Counted from the whole stretch's first letter, positions 26,098 to 39,000 are shown. The stretch: 60,016 bases of DNA, filler included, from Sphacelaria rigidula (GCA_964200075.2; 5 parts of 5 records of this genome joined end to end with filler, not necessarily neighbours in it); one strand, 5' to 3'. The notes: generated from the letters alone by a model not told the origin. Made by a program: numbers and translations.

Positions 26098-26214
26098 CCC
26101 TTTTGGAACCGATTGACGATTTTTGTTTTTGTCAATCGGCATCATTTTCAGTCATTTTCAAGTCAAGATGACGCCGATTCATGAAAACAAAATCGTCAAT
26201 GGGTTCCAAAAAGG
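26098..26214. mobile_element. Small hairpin MITE, piggyBac-like ends
   Basis: TTTA|CCCTTTTGGAACC ... GGTTCCAAAAAGG|TTAA. Confidence 0.6.
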
Positions 26215-26407
26215 TTAAAAAACAGTATTAAAAAAAACGTTTTCTGATGACAGGACAGAAAACATTTGTCACGTGATCAGAAAACGCGTTTTTTTAAGTA
26301 ACAAAAATATGATAGCATTTTCCCATAGCCCGATCGAGAAGTGTTATTGGAAAAGCATTTGAAATCTCCCCGCATGCCAACACACCCTACAGCCCACGAC
26401 AGCACAC

Positions 26408-27016
26408 ATGATGGCTTGGCTGCCATCGCTACTGCTGGTGCTAGTGCTCGCGGGCAGTCAGTGTGTTGCTTTTTGTCCGTCGCCCGCCAGTACTCGTAGC
26501 GTGATGGCCCTTTACCCCATGAGAACAGCACAGGGCAGGGTCGATGACGAGTGCTGTGCACACAGTCTGTATGTAGTCCATACAGTATATTGTGGCGCAT
26601 TTCAGGTCTGTGCATGCAGCGTTTTGCGAACAGCTGTCGCAATGCAATACAGATTGCCTACGCACCCAAGCCTTGTAGAGACAGGACCGTATTGACTGTG
26701 CACACAAGACTATAAATAGTGCTACTACTGACTGTAGTGCTACAGCCAATGCATACAAAACAGCACTGTCTGTACGGTTGTCCATGCTGTCCAAACAGTC
26801 AAGTACTACCAAAAAGGTTTTCGTGAGATTGAGAGTTGGGTGCGGATTGAGAATGGCTTTGATCATTCGCTGTAACTTGACCAATTTTTCATCCCGTGTG
26901 AGTTTTTCGTCGTCTCATCACTGCCATGTGCTTACAGCTACACGTTGATATCCTACTCAGGGGTATCGAGGGCCTCAGTGGTAAGCTACTACGGAGAGAA
27001 TATGGGCCTGGTGGAG
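26408..27016 (+). CDS. Candidate first two exons (26408-26568, 26938-27016) of a secreted or plastid-targeted protein
   Basis: MMAWLPSLLLVLVLAGSQCVAFCPSPAS: hydrophobic signal peptide + AF motif; CT|GTATGT donor and TTACAG|C acceptor agree in phase 2. Confidence 0.35.
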
Positions 27017-27466
27017 GTGCATTTCGGAACTGAAACAGCTTATTCTCTAAGTGACCGCTCTTCACTCTCAATCGTACCTTCCACTCTCAATTTCACGAAA
27101 ACGTTGTTTACCGTGCAGCGAAAAAGCGCAACCGTCAGTTCTATAACTAGTCAGTTAGTACAGCAAGGCGGTGTTTTTGTTGATCGTCTTGTGTCACGCA
27201 GCCCACCATGTAGTGTTCAATCAATATTTTACAGTAGTACAGACATACAGTACGGACCGTACATCACGACACGACAGCAGAGTGCTGTCTCTCTCTCGCG
27301 CGCCCCAGAATTTGAAGTTATGCCCACATGCAACACGCCTCGTAGAAAACGATGAACACTGCTTTTTCCAATTTTGATAGCTTCGATCACATAAGAAGGC
27401 GTACGTGAAAAATTATGTTGGAAAACGTGTTAATGATTCTTTTTTCTTTCATAACGTTTTTTTATA

Positions 27467-28065
27467 CGAGTTGGGCCAGCCAAGAGTAGATGTGAATCTG
27501 GCTCAGGCGACGCACGGCGCTATATTAGGAGTTGGACGCTGAAAAATTGACAGCAGCTTTTTATGATCGAAATGCAGAGGATGACGTCAGCAGCAACTAA
27601 AAAGAGAAAAAAAATATGGGCGTTTGAAATTTCAGCAAAATCAAGATATGTCGTAATTTCAGGGAAAAAAGGAGAATCTGCAGCTGCTCACGTGAAGTAT
27701 CAGTTCCTTGGGTACAGAAGTTCTACCTAAAATTTCAGCTTAAGAGTCGTCGAATTGGGCCGTGCGTCCGACATTTTCCGTGACGATGCTGCACCCCTAT
27801 AAATCAAGCGATAGGAGACTCCAATTTTGGAGGTCATGAGTTCGAATCCCGACATGACATTCTCTTTTTCTTTTCGTCCGTCGTTAAGGTTATACATTAT
27901 GCAGTATATTTTTTTCATTTTTTTCAATTCAGCGGCGTTGCCGTGTGTTACGAGGTTGGTTTACACTTACACTTCACACTAATGTGCTTACCTCGGGTTC
28001 ATTGGGGAAACTGGGAAAGCTGTGGTGTGAGCAAGTTTTAGCCGCTTTTAAGCTGGCCCAGCTCG
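27467..28065. mobile_element. Mariner-like MITE carrying a tRNA-like segment
   Basis: TA|CGAGTTGGGCCAGC ... GCTGGCCCAGCTCG|TA; B-box GAGTTCGAATCC at 27838-27849. Confidence 0.8.
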
Positions 28066-28094
28066 TACATAAGAAATAGCCTAAGGTGGCCTTA

Positions 28095-29067
28095 GGCTGC
28101 TCTTCATAAGAGAAAAAGATAAGAATATAGAAAGTGCCTTTTTGGAGCTTTTACGTCGTTTTACGCCCCCCCAAAGAGAGCTAGGCGGAGTTTGACACGT
28201 TGGAATGACTTGCTCCACTAGTTGAGGCGGTTCCAGGACATCTTCCCGTTTCCCGGTGGCAGCAGTTTTCATTTTGACCAAACAAGAAATTTTGTCGAAG
28301 AACGGTCAAAACAGTAAAGTCCAGAGGAAAGTAAAGTGTGTGATTGTTTTCTATATTTGACTGTTTTTGACCGTTCTTCGACAAAATTTCTTGTTTGGCC
28401 AAAATGAAAACTGCGGCCATCGGAAAACGGAAGATGTCCTGGAACCGCCTCAACTAGTAAAGCAAGTCATTCCAACGTGTCAAACTCCGCCTGGCTCTCT
28501 TTCGGGGGGCGTAAAACGACGTAAAAGCTCCAAGAAGGCACTTTTCCAGATTTTTATTATTGTCTGTTTTAAGGTCGGATGTTATGACAAACGGATTTTT
28601 GACTCACGGGTTGTTCACTTTTGGGACGTTTGGCCCACCTTTTGACCCCCAAACAAGGAAAATCGCCAACACGTCTCGGACACTTTGCATCACCCCACAC
28701 AGAGGAGCCTCGCCCACTTTTTAGATTCGCTTGGCTGCAAGCTTTCGAGAGTGGCCGCTGAACAATAATCCGTGTGCAATGAAATATATATATCGATCTC
28801 CACAATTTTTTGAGCAAACTGCCGTATGTTGGCAAGCACAGATTATTGCACACAAATTATTGTTCTGCGGCCACTCTCGAAACCTCGGAGCCAAGCGCAT
28901 CTGAAAACTGGCCTAGGCTCCTCTCTGTGGGGTGATGCAAAGTGTACGAGATCTGTGTTGGCCATTTTCCCTGTTTGGGGGGTCAAAAGGTGGGTCAAAC
29001 GACCCAAAAGTGAACAATCCATGGGCCAAAAATCTGTTTGCCATAATATCCGGCCCAAGGAGCGGCC
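28095..29067. mobile_element. PIF/Harbinger-like foldback MITE (family D) with nested second foldback 28573-29055
   Basis: TTA|GGCTGCTC ... GAGCGGCC|TTA; inner element GGTCGG...CCGGCC flanked by TAA/CAA. Confidence 0.82.
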
Positions 29068-29841
29068 TTAACCGTTTTGGGACCGGGCCTCCAGAACGAC
29101 CAATTAGGCTGGTCAGGAATGACGTGTCTGGCGTCTGCACGAAACAGTGGGGTGTTGCTGATAATCCGCGTATGTAACCGCAAGGTTGTGACGAAGACCG
29201 AAAGTTCAAATCAATTTTCAGGTGCAGGGTGCGCATTAGGTGGTGTACATCTGACGTAACAAGCGGTGTGGGTCGTGGTGAAGAGCTTCCAACAGGATGC
29301 GGCGACCGGCGGGCCGCCCGCCATTTGTGGCTTTGGATGATACTCTTGTTCCCATCACCTTGCCACACAGCCCTTTGTGGTCGGGGTGGGCAGCCATTTC
29401 CCCTCTTGTTGTATGCGGCAAATTCTCTTCGAAGGGTATCAGCGTTGTGGCGCGTATGTATACAGCAGTATAGTACAGTACAGTGCAGTATGCCTCTCCA
29501 ACTGAAGCAGCAGCTGCCGCTGCATACTCCCTTGCACGCTCTGGGCAGTTCTCAGCTACCGAAATCAGCTGCCTATATACAGCTTTGTCGTCTCCGTCCA
29601 CAACGTACGTGTGGACTGCACACTGCAAGTCATCGGTAGAGGGATAAGCAGATCATTGCGGTAGCTCATTTTGTCTTTCCACAGCCCACCTGGGTTTTGT
29701 GCCTCGTAAAAATGACCACATGGTGGCATGTACACTCCTTTCCGTTTTTTTCCGGTCCACCCTGTGTTGGTGAAAATTACTACGTTTCAGTATAGAATTG
29801 AGATCCAAAAAACACTGCGGAAAAAATCGGGAACGGTATAC

Positions 29842-30117
29842 TGTGTGTGTGTGTTGTCGTCCCATTTATTCTGGGCACCAGTCTACACCTTTCCGTATAT
29901 GCGGGCGCATCAGCCGGGGTCACACAGGAGGAAGGTCAACACAGGGGCTCTTTTTTTTTTTTTTAATACCCCACCTTCCTTATGCCGTGCTTGCCTTTAT
30001 TTTTTATCGCGAGAGGGGTTCAGCAGTCCCTTTCCCTCGTCGACCGGAAAGTCGAATTTTGTGTACCCACGACATAGTCGCTCTCCACTGTTGGGCATGC
30101 TGTGAGAAAAGATTCCG
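29842..30117 (-). mobile_element. 5'-truncated SINE (family A), inverted
   Basis: Reverse complement of about 30690-31015 including the (CA)n tail. Confidence 0.85.
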
Positions 30118-30611
30118 AGTGCAAGTAACACCATAAAACCAAGCCGCGTCCGCCCTGCACTTGGAAACCTGGAGGGGCTTATCTGGGCCAGGGATAGGCC
30201 CCCCACACCATCTTTGCAGTGGCACAACACTCGACAACAATCCCCGCGCTGGTTGTTGGGGTCTGGTCGATAAATTTCGCCTCCCCGTGATTGGGCAGGT
30301 CGCTCGAAGACTTATTTTTGATTATTTCACTAACACAGGGTCAACCCTGTGTTAGTAGGGGTCCGGTCCCCGAAGGATGAATAGGCTGCTTCTTCTGGCA
30401 TAAAAAAATAAAAAAATGGAAAACGTGATTTTTTGGAGCTTATACGTCATTTTGCGCCCTAGAAGAGAGCTTGGCGGATTTTGACACCTTGGAATGCCTG
30501 GCTGTACTTTTCGAGACGGAGACGGTTCCAGCACACCTCCGCGTTTTCTGGTGGCCGCAGTTCTTTGTTTTCCCAAACTTGCATTTATCCTTTACCGAAA
30601 TTATTCCGGTC

Positions 30612-31015
30612 GCCCCGGTGGCTCAGTTGGTAATTTCGGAAGCTCTTGACGGTTGGGTCGTGGGTTCGAATCTCGTTGCAGTCACACGGTCCGGATTTTT
30701 TCTCACACCATGCCCAACAGTGGAGAGCGATTATGTGGTGGGTACAGACGAGAAAAAAAATATCGACTTCACGGTCGACGAGGGAAAGGGACCGCTGAAC
30801 CCCTCTCGCGATAAAAAAGAAGGCAAGCGCCACAAAAGGAAGGTGGTGCACCACAGAAGGAAGGTAGAGTACTAAAAACAAAGAGAAATAAGGCAAAAGC
30901 TCCTGTGTTGGCCTTCCTCCTGTGTGACCCCGGCTGCTGGGCCCACACATACCGTAAGGTGTAGACTGGTGTCCAGAAGAAATGGGATGACAACACACAC
31001 AAACACACACACACA
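30612..31015 (+). mobile_element. Full-length tRNA-derived SINE (family A)
   Basis: A-box TGGCTCAGTTGG (30619-30630), B-box GGTTCGAATCT (30663-30673), no acceptor-stem pairing, body and (CA)n tail; fragments at 29842, about 31307-31390 and 35899-35970. Confidence 0.85.
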
Positions 31016-31616
31016 GGAGAAACTCTGAGTTGGGTTCTCGCACAACTGGGACCCACATGAGGGTTCAAAATATTGCGATGGATGAGAAGTCGATTGGCCA
31101 CGTGTGAAGTGTGTGAATTGCATATTTGGTGGCTAAGTACGTAGCAAATAGAACAGTTCCACAGCATGTATCGTCGGTAGTGCCGTGCTGAAGAATTCAA
31201 CACAGCCAGCGCAACAATCAGTAGTGAAACAGTGTAATATGTCACATAAATATGAAAGATTGTACTCGGGCCGAGGTTGTACTGTATGTCATGAAACATT
31301 GTATACCGTGTGTGTTGTGTTATCTTCTCACCTATTCTGGTCGTCGGTCTACTCGTACACCTTTCGGTATATGTGAGCGAAGTCACACAGGATACAGTAC
31401 AGTAATACAGAATCATTTCACACAGTACAAACAGTATTTTTGGGGGGTGAACCAACTGTTCAGTAAATTGGAGAAGACAACTGAACACTGACTGTAATAC
31501 TCGAACAGGTGGTAGACAAACCAGTAGGTTGCACCGCATAATTCAAGCGATAACCTGTCATCCAAACCTTGTCCAAATACATGCGTTTTGGCATTCTCAC
31601 TGAATAGATGGCTTAC

Positions 31617-31863
31617 CGGGGAATGCAACCACATCCGATGATGATCCCTTGAAGGGAAGAACCAGGGGGTACGTTGGGAATGCCTGAAATCCTGCCGGGT
31701 GCCCCTCGTACGTGAATACGTCCGGCCGGCCATCCTCTCGACCCGACGAACACCCTATCCCAATCGCGTATAGTATCAAATCTCTTTTATTAAAGCTTAC
31801 GAGAAATGATTCATCGCCTTGCCCAAGTACACGTGAGGCATCTACTGCACGACTTTGGTCCAT
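31617..31863 (-). CDS. Exon 1 of MaoC-like 2-enoyl-CoA hydratase 2 (ECH2/HSD17B4 hydratase-type)
   Basis: MDQSRAVDASRVLG..SFNKRDLILYAIGIGC..FTYEGHPAGFQAFPTYPLVL matches the hydratase-2 N-terminal 'RDxILYAxGxG..YE..F..PT' motif; donor G|GTAAGC; later exons not found in this contig. Confidence 0.8.
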
Positions 31864-32473
31864 GGGGTAGGTGGCCACGTCGGTTGCGTCGGCACCGACT
31901 AGGTGCAGTTCCTTCTGTGTGTGCAATTGCCAGGTGCTTCGCCGTTGTCAGATATCTCCCCGCTCCCTCTGAAAGTGCCTATATCGCCAAAATGATATAT
32001 ACCTCCCTATGGCCAAATACCGGGTACATATCTCTTAAGATCGTGAAGTATGACCAAGGTAAGACGATCCTACTAAAAGAAGACCGGCACATGTCTCTAG
32101 CGTTGCCGCGTTCCCACACACGCTATCGCTTGCCTCGTTGCCACAGAGCACATCGCGGCACGGGCCAAGTGACCCTTCTATTCCTCGTGGTCTCGTTACG
32201 GAGTCTACGGTGCTAGGGTGCATCGTCTTTGCGAAGATATCCGGAAGGAGCTGTTGCAATAAAGCGCGAGTGTGTGTGGGTGTGCGTCTTTTTAAAAAGA
32301 CAACACATAAATATTGAAAGCTTATACTGTATACATTGGAGAGGCGGAAAAGGAGAGACAACGAAAAAAATCGTCTCTGGGCAAACTGATTTATACTGAC
32401 TGTACTCAGAGAAAAGGCAAGAGCCTCTAGGACCAGAGTTACCGTAGATAGACCCCTCGCAGCGGCCGCCAGG

Positions 32474-34795
32474 ATGAGTGACAACGGGCTGGGGAACCCA
32501 GGGCGACTCAAGCGCTCTCGAGACGATATGATCGACAAGCCTTCGGGCGTAGGCAGGTCTTCGAAATCCCCAACCTCCAGCCCCCAAGATAACAAAGAAA
32601 AGAGCGCATCCGACATTTTGAGTGGGCGATCACGACGACAACACCAGCAGCAACAGAAGCAGCCGTCACCGCGATCATCAGGCTTCATCCCGATTCGACC
32701 AACAACAACAGCAACGCCACCATCGCCGCCTTTCAAACCGCGAGCTCTTAGTAGCAAGAGCAACGCGATAATTTCTTCTTCCATTCCTATATCTGCGCGG
32801 GGTGGTGACGGCAACCGCCAAGTGGAAGGCATGGACTTAATAGATGATGGGGTAGGATCGGGCGGGGAGCTAGCCAGGAAGCCGACTCCCACTGGAAAGT
32901 TTTCGATTCGCGGCAACGCTGTTGGAGTAGATGCAGGATGCGCAGGTGGTGGATTGGGAACCAGGAGGGGAGGAGCAACTTGTGTGGACAGTGCGAATGG
33001 GAGTTTCAACAACGGTGGGCGTGAGGAAAGAGGGGGGGTTGGTGAGCGTGTTGTTGGAGCAAGGAGCGGGGGCGTGTCAAGTACGAACGGCAGCGGGGCG
33101 TCTTCGACTTTTGCAGGAAACGACAGCATATCTGACATTTCTCCCGATTCATCGTCCAAGAATTCGTCATCCTCTTCTCCGGGTGGCGAGGAGGAGGACC
33201 TAGCCGACAGCAACGCAACCCGGGGCAAGACCCTGCACGCGCCAATTGCCACGGCCGAGGCGTTGGCCGCAGGCAGTAGTGGCACCACCGGCGCCTTTAA
33301 GACCAGCGGCAAGGGTAAGAGCAAGAGTCCAACGCCACCGCCTCCTGCGGAGCCGCCGAAGTCTGATATGGTGAAGAATGGTGAGGGTGGTGGAGCAGGA
33401 GTCAAACATAACGACCCGGGAAAAGGGACCCGAAGTGTGTCATCATCCTCTCCTGTCGGAGCGAACATTCAGAAAACACCAGTATCAGGCAAGAGCTACA
33501 GTGGCAGCAGTAGCAGCAGCAAAAGCGTCACTACCGCCGCAAACACCACAGCTAGGAGTCGACGTCCGTCACCGCCGCCGCCACTGACGATCCCGGACGC
33601 CGGAGACACGACGGTTCCAGCAGCTGCATCGACTTCTTGTAGTTCGTCCGCCTCCTCACCAGTGTCGGCGGATAGCCACCACGACAACTCGGTCAAAGTC
33701 AGAGGAGAACGAAACAACACCAAGAACGGGACAAGCGGCATCATCGATGACTCATCCAACTCCAACTCCAGCTCGGCGAAGCCAACAAAGCGCAGGAGGC
33801 GGATAGCGCGCGCTGCTACCCCACCTTCGGGATGGCAAGCGCCCGCGGCAGGCGGCGGTAGCGGCGAGGGCAGGCAGCCTTACCCAGACGAGGTATCAAC
33901 TTCCTCGACGTCCACCACCAATACTACCGCAGCAACATCAGCCCAAGCGAAGTCTGCAGCGTTGCCCCCGACCCCGGCCACCGCCGCCGCGGGGATCGCC
34001 GCCGCAACGGCCGCCGCAGCCGATCCCGGCGTGTTCGGCCGGCGCTCGCGCCGACCTGGCAGCAGCGGCGGTGGTGGCCCCGATAAAGCCAAGAGTACCA
34101 ATGCATCGCCATCGAGTTTGCTATCCTCGAGCTACGGACGGCGTGCTCCGTCTCCGACTGTGGCTGCCGCCACCGCGGGTGCTAGTACACCGACGCGTGG
34201 CGGTGACTCTTCGTCTTCGTCCACGGGGATCAAGCGTGCGGACGGCGAGAACGAGAGCGGAGTTTTACCCGTGAAAAAACGAAGCAGGCCTTCGGTGAAG
34301 GATGAAGGGCGGAGCGGTGTGGCAGGGGTAGCGACGGTGGCGGTGGCTGCGGGGGCGGGCGCTACGCAGGCGGGAGGAGCGAGTACGGCCGCTGCTGGAG
34401 GGAAGGCGGCGCCCGAAAAGCCTACTCGCGGCCGTGGGAGGCCTCCGGGGAAGGGGAAAGGCAGCGCAAGCAATAGCACGGCGAAGGCTAGAGGGCGGCG
34501 ACGGTTGCTGATTGATGGGGGGAATCCGCGAGGGCCGAGCAACAAGGCCAAGGATACGCAGAGGTGGCGGACTCATCGTATGGTGGAGGACTTTGTCAAC
34601 ACGTGCGGGAGTATTATGTACCCACAGGTGCAGGTGGGTGCTTTCGGTTATCAGCCGTGTGAAGGGAGGTTTCCCATGGAGCGACCGACGACCCTGGGTA
34701 TTCTACGAACCGAGCTGCGGCGACCAACGGTTGTAGAGAGGTGGAGCCCTTTCCAGGTTGCCTGCTTCGAGGGGGCTATCAGCATTCACGGCAAG
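32474..34795 (+). CDS. Exon 1 of a low-complexity nuclear protein with AT-hook and SANT/Myb-like domain (3' partial)
   Basis: 774-codon Ser/Gly/Ala/Pro-rich exon; KPTRGRGRPPGK AT-hook; ERWSPFQVACFEGAISIHGK| fits the SANT start (W..E...FE.A...HGK); donor AAG|GTGAG. Confidence 0.8.
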
Positions 34796-35581
34796 GTGAG
34801 AGCTGCGTTTCGTGTGTTTCGTGTGTCTTCTGGATACTACAGATTTTTGACATGGTATCCATCGCTTCACCTCCATGTAGTTTTGGAGTGGGATTGTTGC
34901 CGTGTATTTTGGAGAGGTTGTGTTAACCGTCGCTTGATCTTTTTGTACCAAAATTGAGACATGTCCTGAGCCTGTTTACCCCAGGCCCCTATCGCCCAGC
35001 CTTGTTACCACCACGGGGGGGGAGGTGGGAAGCAAGTGAGACTGTCTCTCGCAACTTTAGTCCTGATCATAACCTCGCGTTTCCTTTCACTACCCCAGTT
35101 CAAAAGCAGTGTACTGCACACGTTTTTGTCATTTGACTCTCCTTTGGTCAGCCTTTCCAATCTCCGTTTTTTCTGTTATTGTTTGTGCATCTTTCCGAAG
35201 GACGAGACACGCGCGCGTACACACATACACACACGAGCGTTATTTTTACAGTAGATTCCTTCAGGTATCTCCGGAAAGGTGATATATATATATATATATA
35301 TATATATACCATGATAATGTATCTGCTGTAAGACGAGGACGTGGAACAGGAGGATCTCTCATGCTCCGTCAAGCCGTACCCTCTCTGTCTATAAGTTTGT
35401 AATACTCCATTGTTGATCCCTTTTTAGTGATCATAGACCGTAATACTCACAGGTTCGTACTCCGCATTACAGGCGCAGCGGCCCATCTTATTTTTGGGGT
35501 ATCGACTCTTCCCGGGAAAAGGTCCAGTCTGGTTCGCCCAATAAGAGTAAGTATCACTCAGCAGAACCACTTTTTGGAACA

Positions 35582-35898
35582 CGAGCTGGGCCAGCAGTAA
35601 ATCCCGCATTCGCTTTTCACACCACAACTTCTCAACTTTTCCAAATCAGCGCGACATGAGATATCGCTGTAAAGTGCAGACCGACCTGGTGACACACGGC
35701 AGCGCCGCTGAATGGCGAAAAATAATGAAAAAACTACTACTCTTCAGGGAGTGTTTCAGGTTTGTTTTTCTTGGGTACGTCTATCGTGAGACCACGGCTG
35801 GACCCCTGGGGGGTCAGTTCAAGTGCGACAATCAACTACATAATATGACCTTGACGACGGATGAAAAAAAAAGAGAACCTGTCGGCATTCGAACTCAT
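35582..35898. mobile_element. Inverted copy of the tRNA-cassette mariner-like MITE, interrupted by a retroelement tail and truncated by SINE-A
   Basis: Homologous to the reverse complement of 27835-28065, including ATTCGAACTCATG. Confidence 0.7.
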
Positions 35899-35970
35899 GT
35901 GTGTTGTGTGTGTGTGTTGTCGTCCCATTTATTCTGGGCACCAGTCTACACCTTTCGGTGTATGTGGGTG

Positions 35971-36070
35971 NNNNNNNNNNNNNNNNNNNNNNNNNNNNNN
36001 NNNNNNNNNNNNNNTTAATTAATTAANNNNNNNNNNNNNNNNNNNNNNNNNNNNNNNNNNNNNNNNNNNN
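35971..36070. other. Artificial contig linker
   Basis: N44-TTAATTAATTAA-N44. Confidence 0.99.
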
Positions 36071-39000
36071 GGCAACATCAACAGGAACGTTGCTGTGCTG
36101 TCCACACAATCTTCACACCCGCGTGATTTCATCATCACAAACACACCACAGCACGCTGTTGGCCGTTGACAGCCAACGCTCTTGATCCAACAGCACCAGA
36201 TCCACCATTGTATCGGATGCTACAGAACACCACAGCTACGGTACCCCATTTGGTGCTGTGTAACTTGTACGCAACCCAAGTTGCGAAGAGATAGTCGACA
36301 TGTGTTAGTGCTACAGCCCAACTGGACTGAAAGTAGGTTTTCATGTCCACTTGTGCCCGACCCACCATCACGCAAAACTTGACATCTGCATACTCTTTGC
36401 ACGCTGCTGCCGGGGCGTTAGAATCTGCCTCAGATTTCTTCACGGGCATGATCCATCAACTGCATCATCAGATAAATCGTACTCGCTTCATTGGTTTGGC
36501 GAACAACAGTGCTGTATCGGCGGAGAAGCAGCTGGCGGTGACAAAAATTGTCTTACATGTAAGTGCGGCGGGGACTAAAAGGTCCACACGACCGTCAATC
36601 CTGTTTGAAAATGGCCAAATAAGAACGACACACAACCGTCATATCTTCCACACTGTGGACAATAGATTACACTGTCAAAAATTGTACTGCGTACAGTATG
36701 GAACCTACTATCTATAGCAATAGGCGCAATACAGTAGTCAATACTGTACGCAGTACGCTTTTTTACGATGTAATCTTTTGTCCAGCGTGCGATTTCTTCA
36801 TCACTTGGGTTTCAGACCGTGGAAACTGAAAAAAGTACAAGCTGAGTAACAATATACCACGTCCTTGTTCTGCTTCGTGTATGGGTGCAGATGTTTTTTG
36901 CGCATGGTCTTTCTCACCTGATCCCTTGTTGCAGGGCGGCCACTTGTAGTTTCATTTCGTTTTTGTTATTACTTCAAATCATTAGGACCGGTAGTTTCTT
37001 CTTTTATAAATCTTCTATTTTCCTTTCCTTTCCTTTCCTTTCCTTCCTCTTACCATGATTTCGACTTAACTCGCTCACATACACTGCATGCCGTGAGGGT
37101 TATTCTTCAAATGTCTACACACACCTTCTCTGCCACGCAGGGACTAGAGCCAAGCTCGGCACGATCAATCACAGTGGGAACACTTTTCAAAATAACCAGG
37201 CAACGGCGCACCACAAACAGTACCATCCAGAAGAAGCCAAGGCGGGTGGTATCGTATGCTGTGTATGTGAGCACAACGCACAGTACCCGTTTTTGATGAG
37301 GTAATGCTAATGGCTACACGCCGAGAAGACTGACGACCATATTCCAGGGTCATCCACATATGTCCTGGCAAGTGTTCTTCGGGAAAGGATTCAGTCACAG
37401 CTATGCAGACGCTCTCAAGCACCAACAGAAGTGTAGTGAAGTAAGCACCGTCACTACTGCATCATGTTCAATAATCAGACATGAAGCATGCAACAGCAGG
37501 GGATATATTGCCGGGAAAACGCAATCACACTATGAACAACATTTCTGTGTATGCTGTTGAAAAATCATGACATAGACAACATCCATACCAATTGCTGGCG
37601 TCATTTGATCCAGATCCTTGGTCAGAATAAGGCACCACCGCCCCCGCTCGTCGATTCCTGGCGGCACTCGCACATTCTTCAAAAAACGAAAGGTGCTCAT
37701 CACTTGCTGATCTTCCAAGCCACTGTTGGATCATCACCCAAAACATCTGAGTCGATGTAAGACGCTGCAAAAATGGGCGAGCGCCCGAGCAAGCCCCTTG
37801 CATGAAATCCTTCATGTTGAAAAGCTCATCTAGCGGTTTCGTCCTGTAGACGCACACGATATTTGCAACGGAGCATGACCAGCCTGGGGCGATGTTGGAC
37901 GCTGCAAAAATGGGCGAGCGCCGGAGCAAATCCCTCGCATGAAATCCATCATGTTGAAAAGCTCATCTAGCGATTTCGTCCTGGGTAAAATGTTCGCACG
38001 CCAGTCGCAAAATAGACGCACAAGATATTTGCAACGGAGCATGACCAGCCTGCAAGTATATCCCTTCAGCATCGAGCAGGTCACAGTCTACTGAAAAAAT
38101 GCGGGCGCTACACAGCAAAAACCAAAGACCCCATAACAAGAGTTGAGGGCAGCCACGGTACAATATTTCATCAGTAGAAAACAACTTCTCACCTTAGATT
38201 GTGCCTGAAACGTTTGGCCTCAGAATGGAGAGAATCACCAACGCCACCCAATAACTCAGTCATGCAGCACAGGAAGGAGTCTCGCACGATCAACACTGAG
38301 TTGTGTCCACGCTCGCCGACACTCCTGTCGCATACAAGAACAAACGCAAGTCGCCCTGGCATTCAAGTGTGCTGCTATAGAATGCACTGTGTCCTCTATT
38401 GACGACGTAGCTTCATCAGGGGATGTGTACCCACCCGTGTCGTGTTGTCACCGTACTTGCCACTGACTGCTGGCATGCTCGTACGGCTTTCCCACCTGTT
38501 CAATGGATGCTGTTCTGTGACACCGGAAACACCCACTGACTCGATGCGGGCGCTGCTGAAATGCATCCTGTGGTTGAGGCTGTGTCCATCACTCGGAAAG
38601 GTGTCCGTCCTGCAAAATCCAATCGCCCAACGCACAAAGCGAACGTTTGTAATATGGTGGCAAGTCTTGCGAGCGTTTCAATTCAGCGATACACAAAACA
38701 CAGCTTCCAAACACACGCGTCATGCGAATGATAGATGTACCTGTCTGGAGCAGGTGCAAATTCGAAGGCACTCTCGTATTGATCCAAGTCTTCCTCGACC
38801 CCCACCCTCACTCCCGTCTTGCCAAAAAGCTCGTGTTCAAGGCGAGTTGCCAGACGAGCATGGAGGAATTCAGGAAGCCACGGAGTAGCCCGCTCCTCGT
38901 CTCTTACAACTAGAGACTCCAACCCATCTGCTTGGGCCCCGCCAGCATGACGTCGCTTGCAAGAACAGGCTCTCAATGTCCGTCGAAGAGAGATTGGATG

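Noticed and set aside
30612..30685. Functional tRNA gene
   Set aside because: A/B boxes present, but the acceptor stem does not pair and the sequence runs into a repeated SINE body and (CA)n tail
30769..31539. 256-aa ORF
   Set aside because: Runs through SINE and microsatellite sequence; no protein-like signal
21631..31863. Peroxisomal gene cluster (PEX16 + hydratase 2)
   Set aside because: The genes are on different contigs separated by an artificial linker
32035..33468. 477-aa minus-strand ORF
   Set aside because: Antisense shadow of the GC-rich low-complexity SANT-protein exon; no domain features
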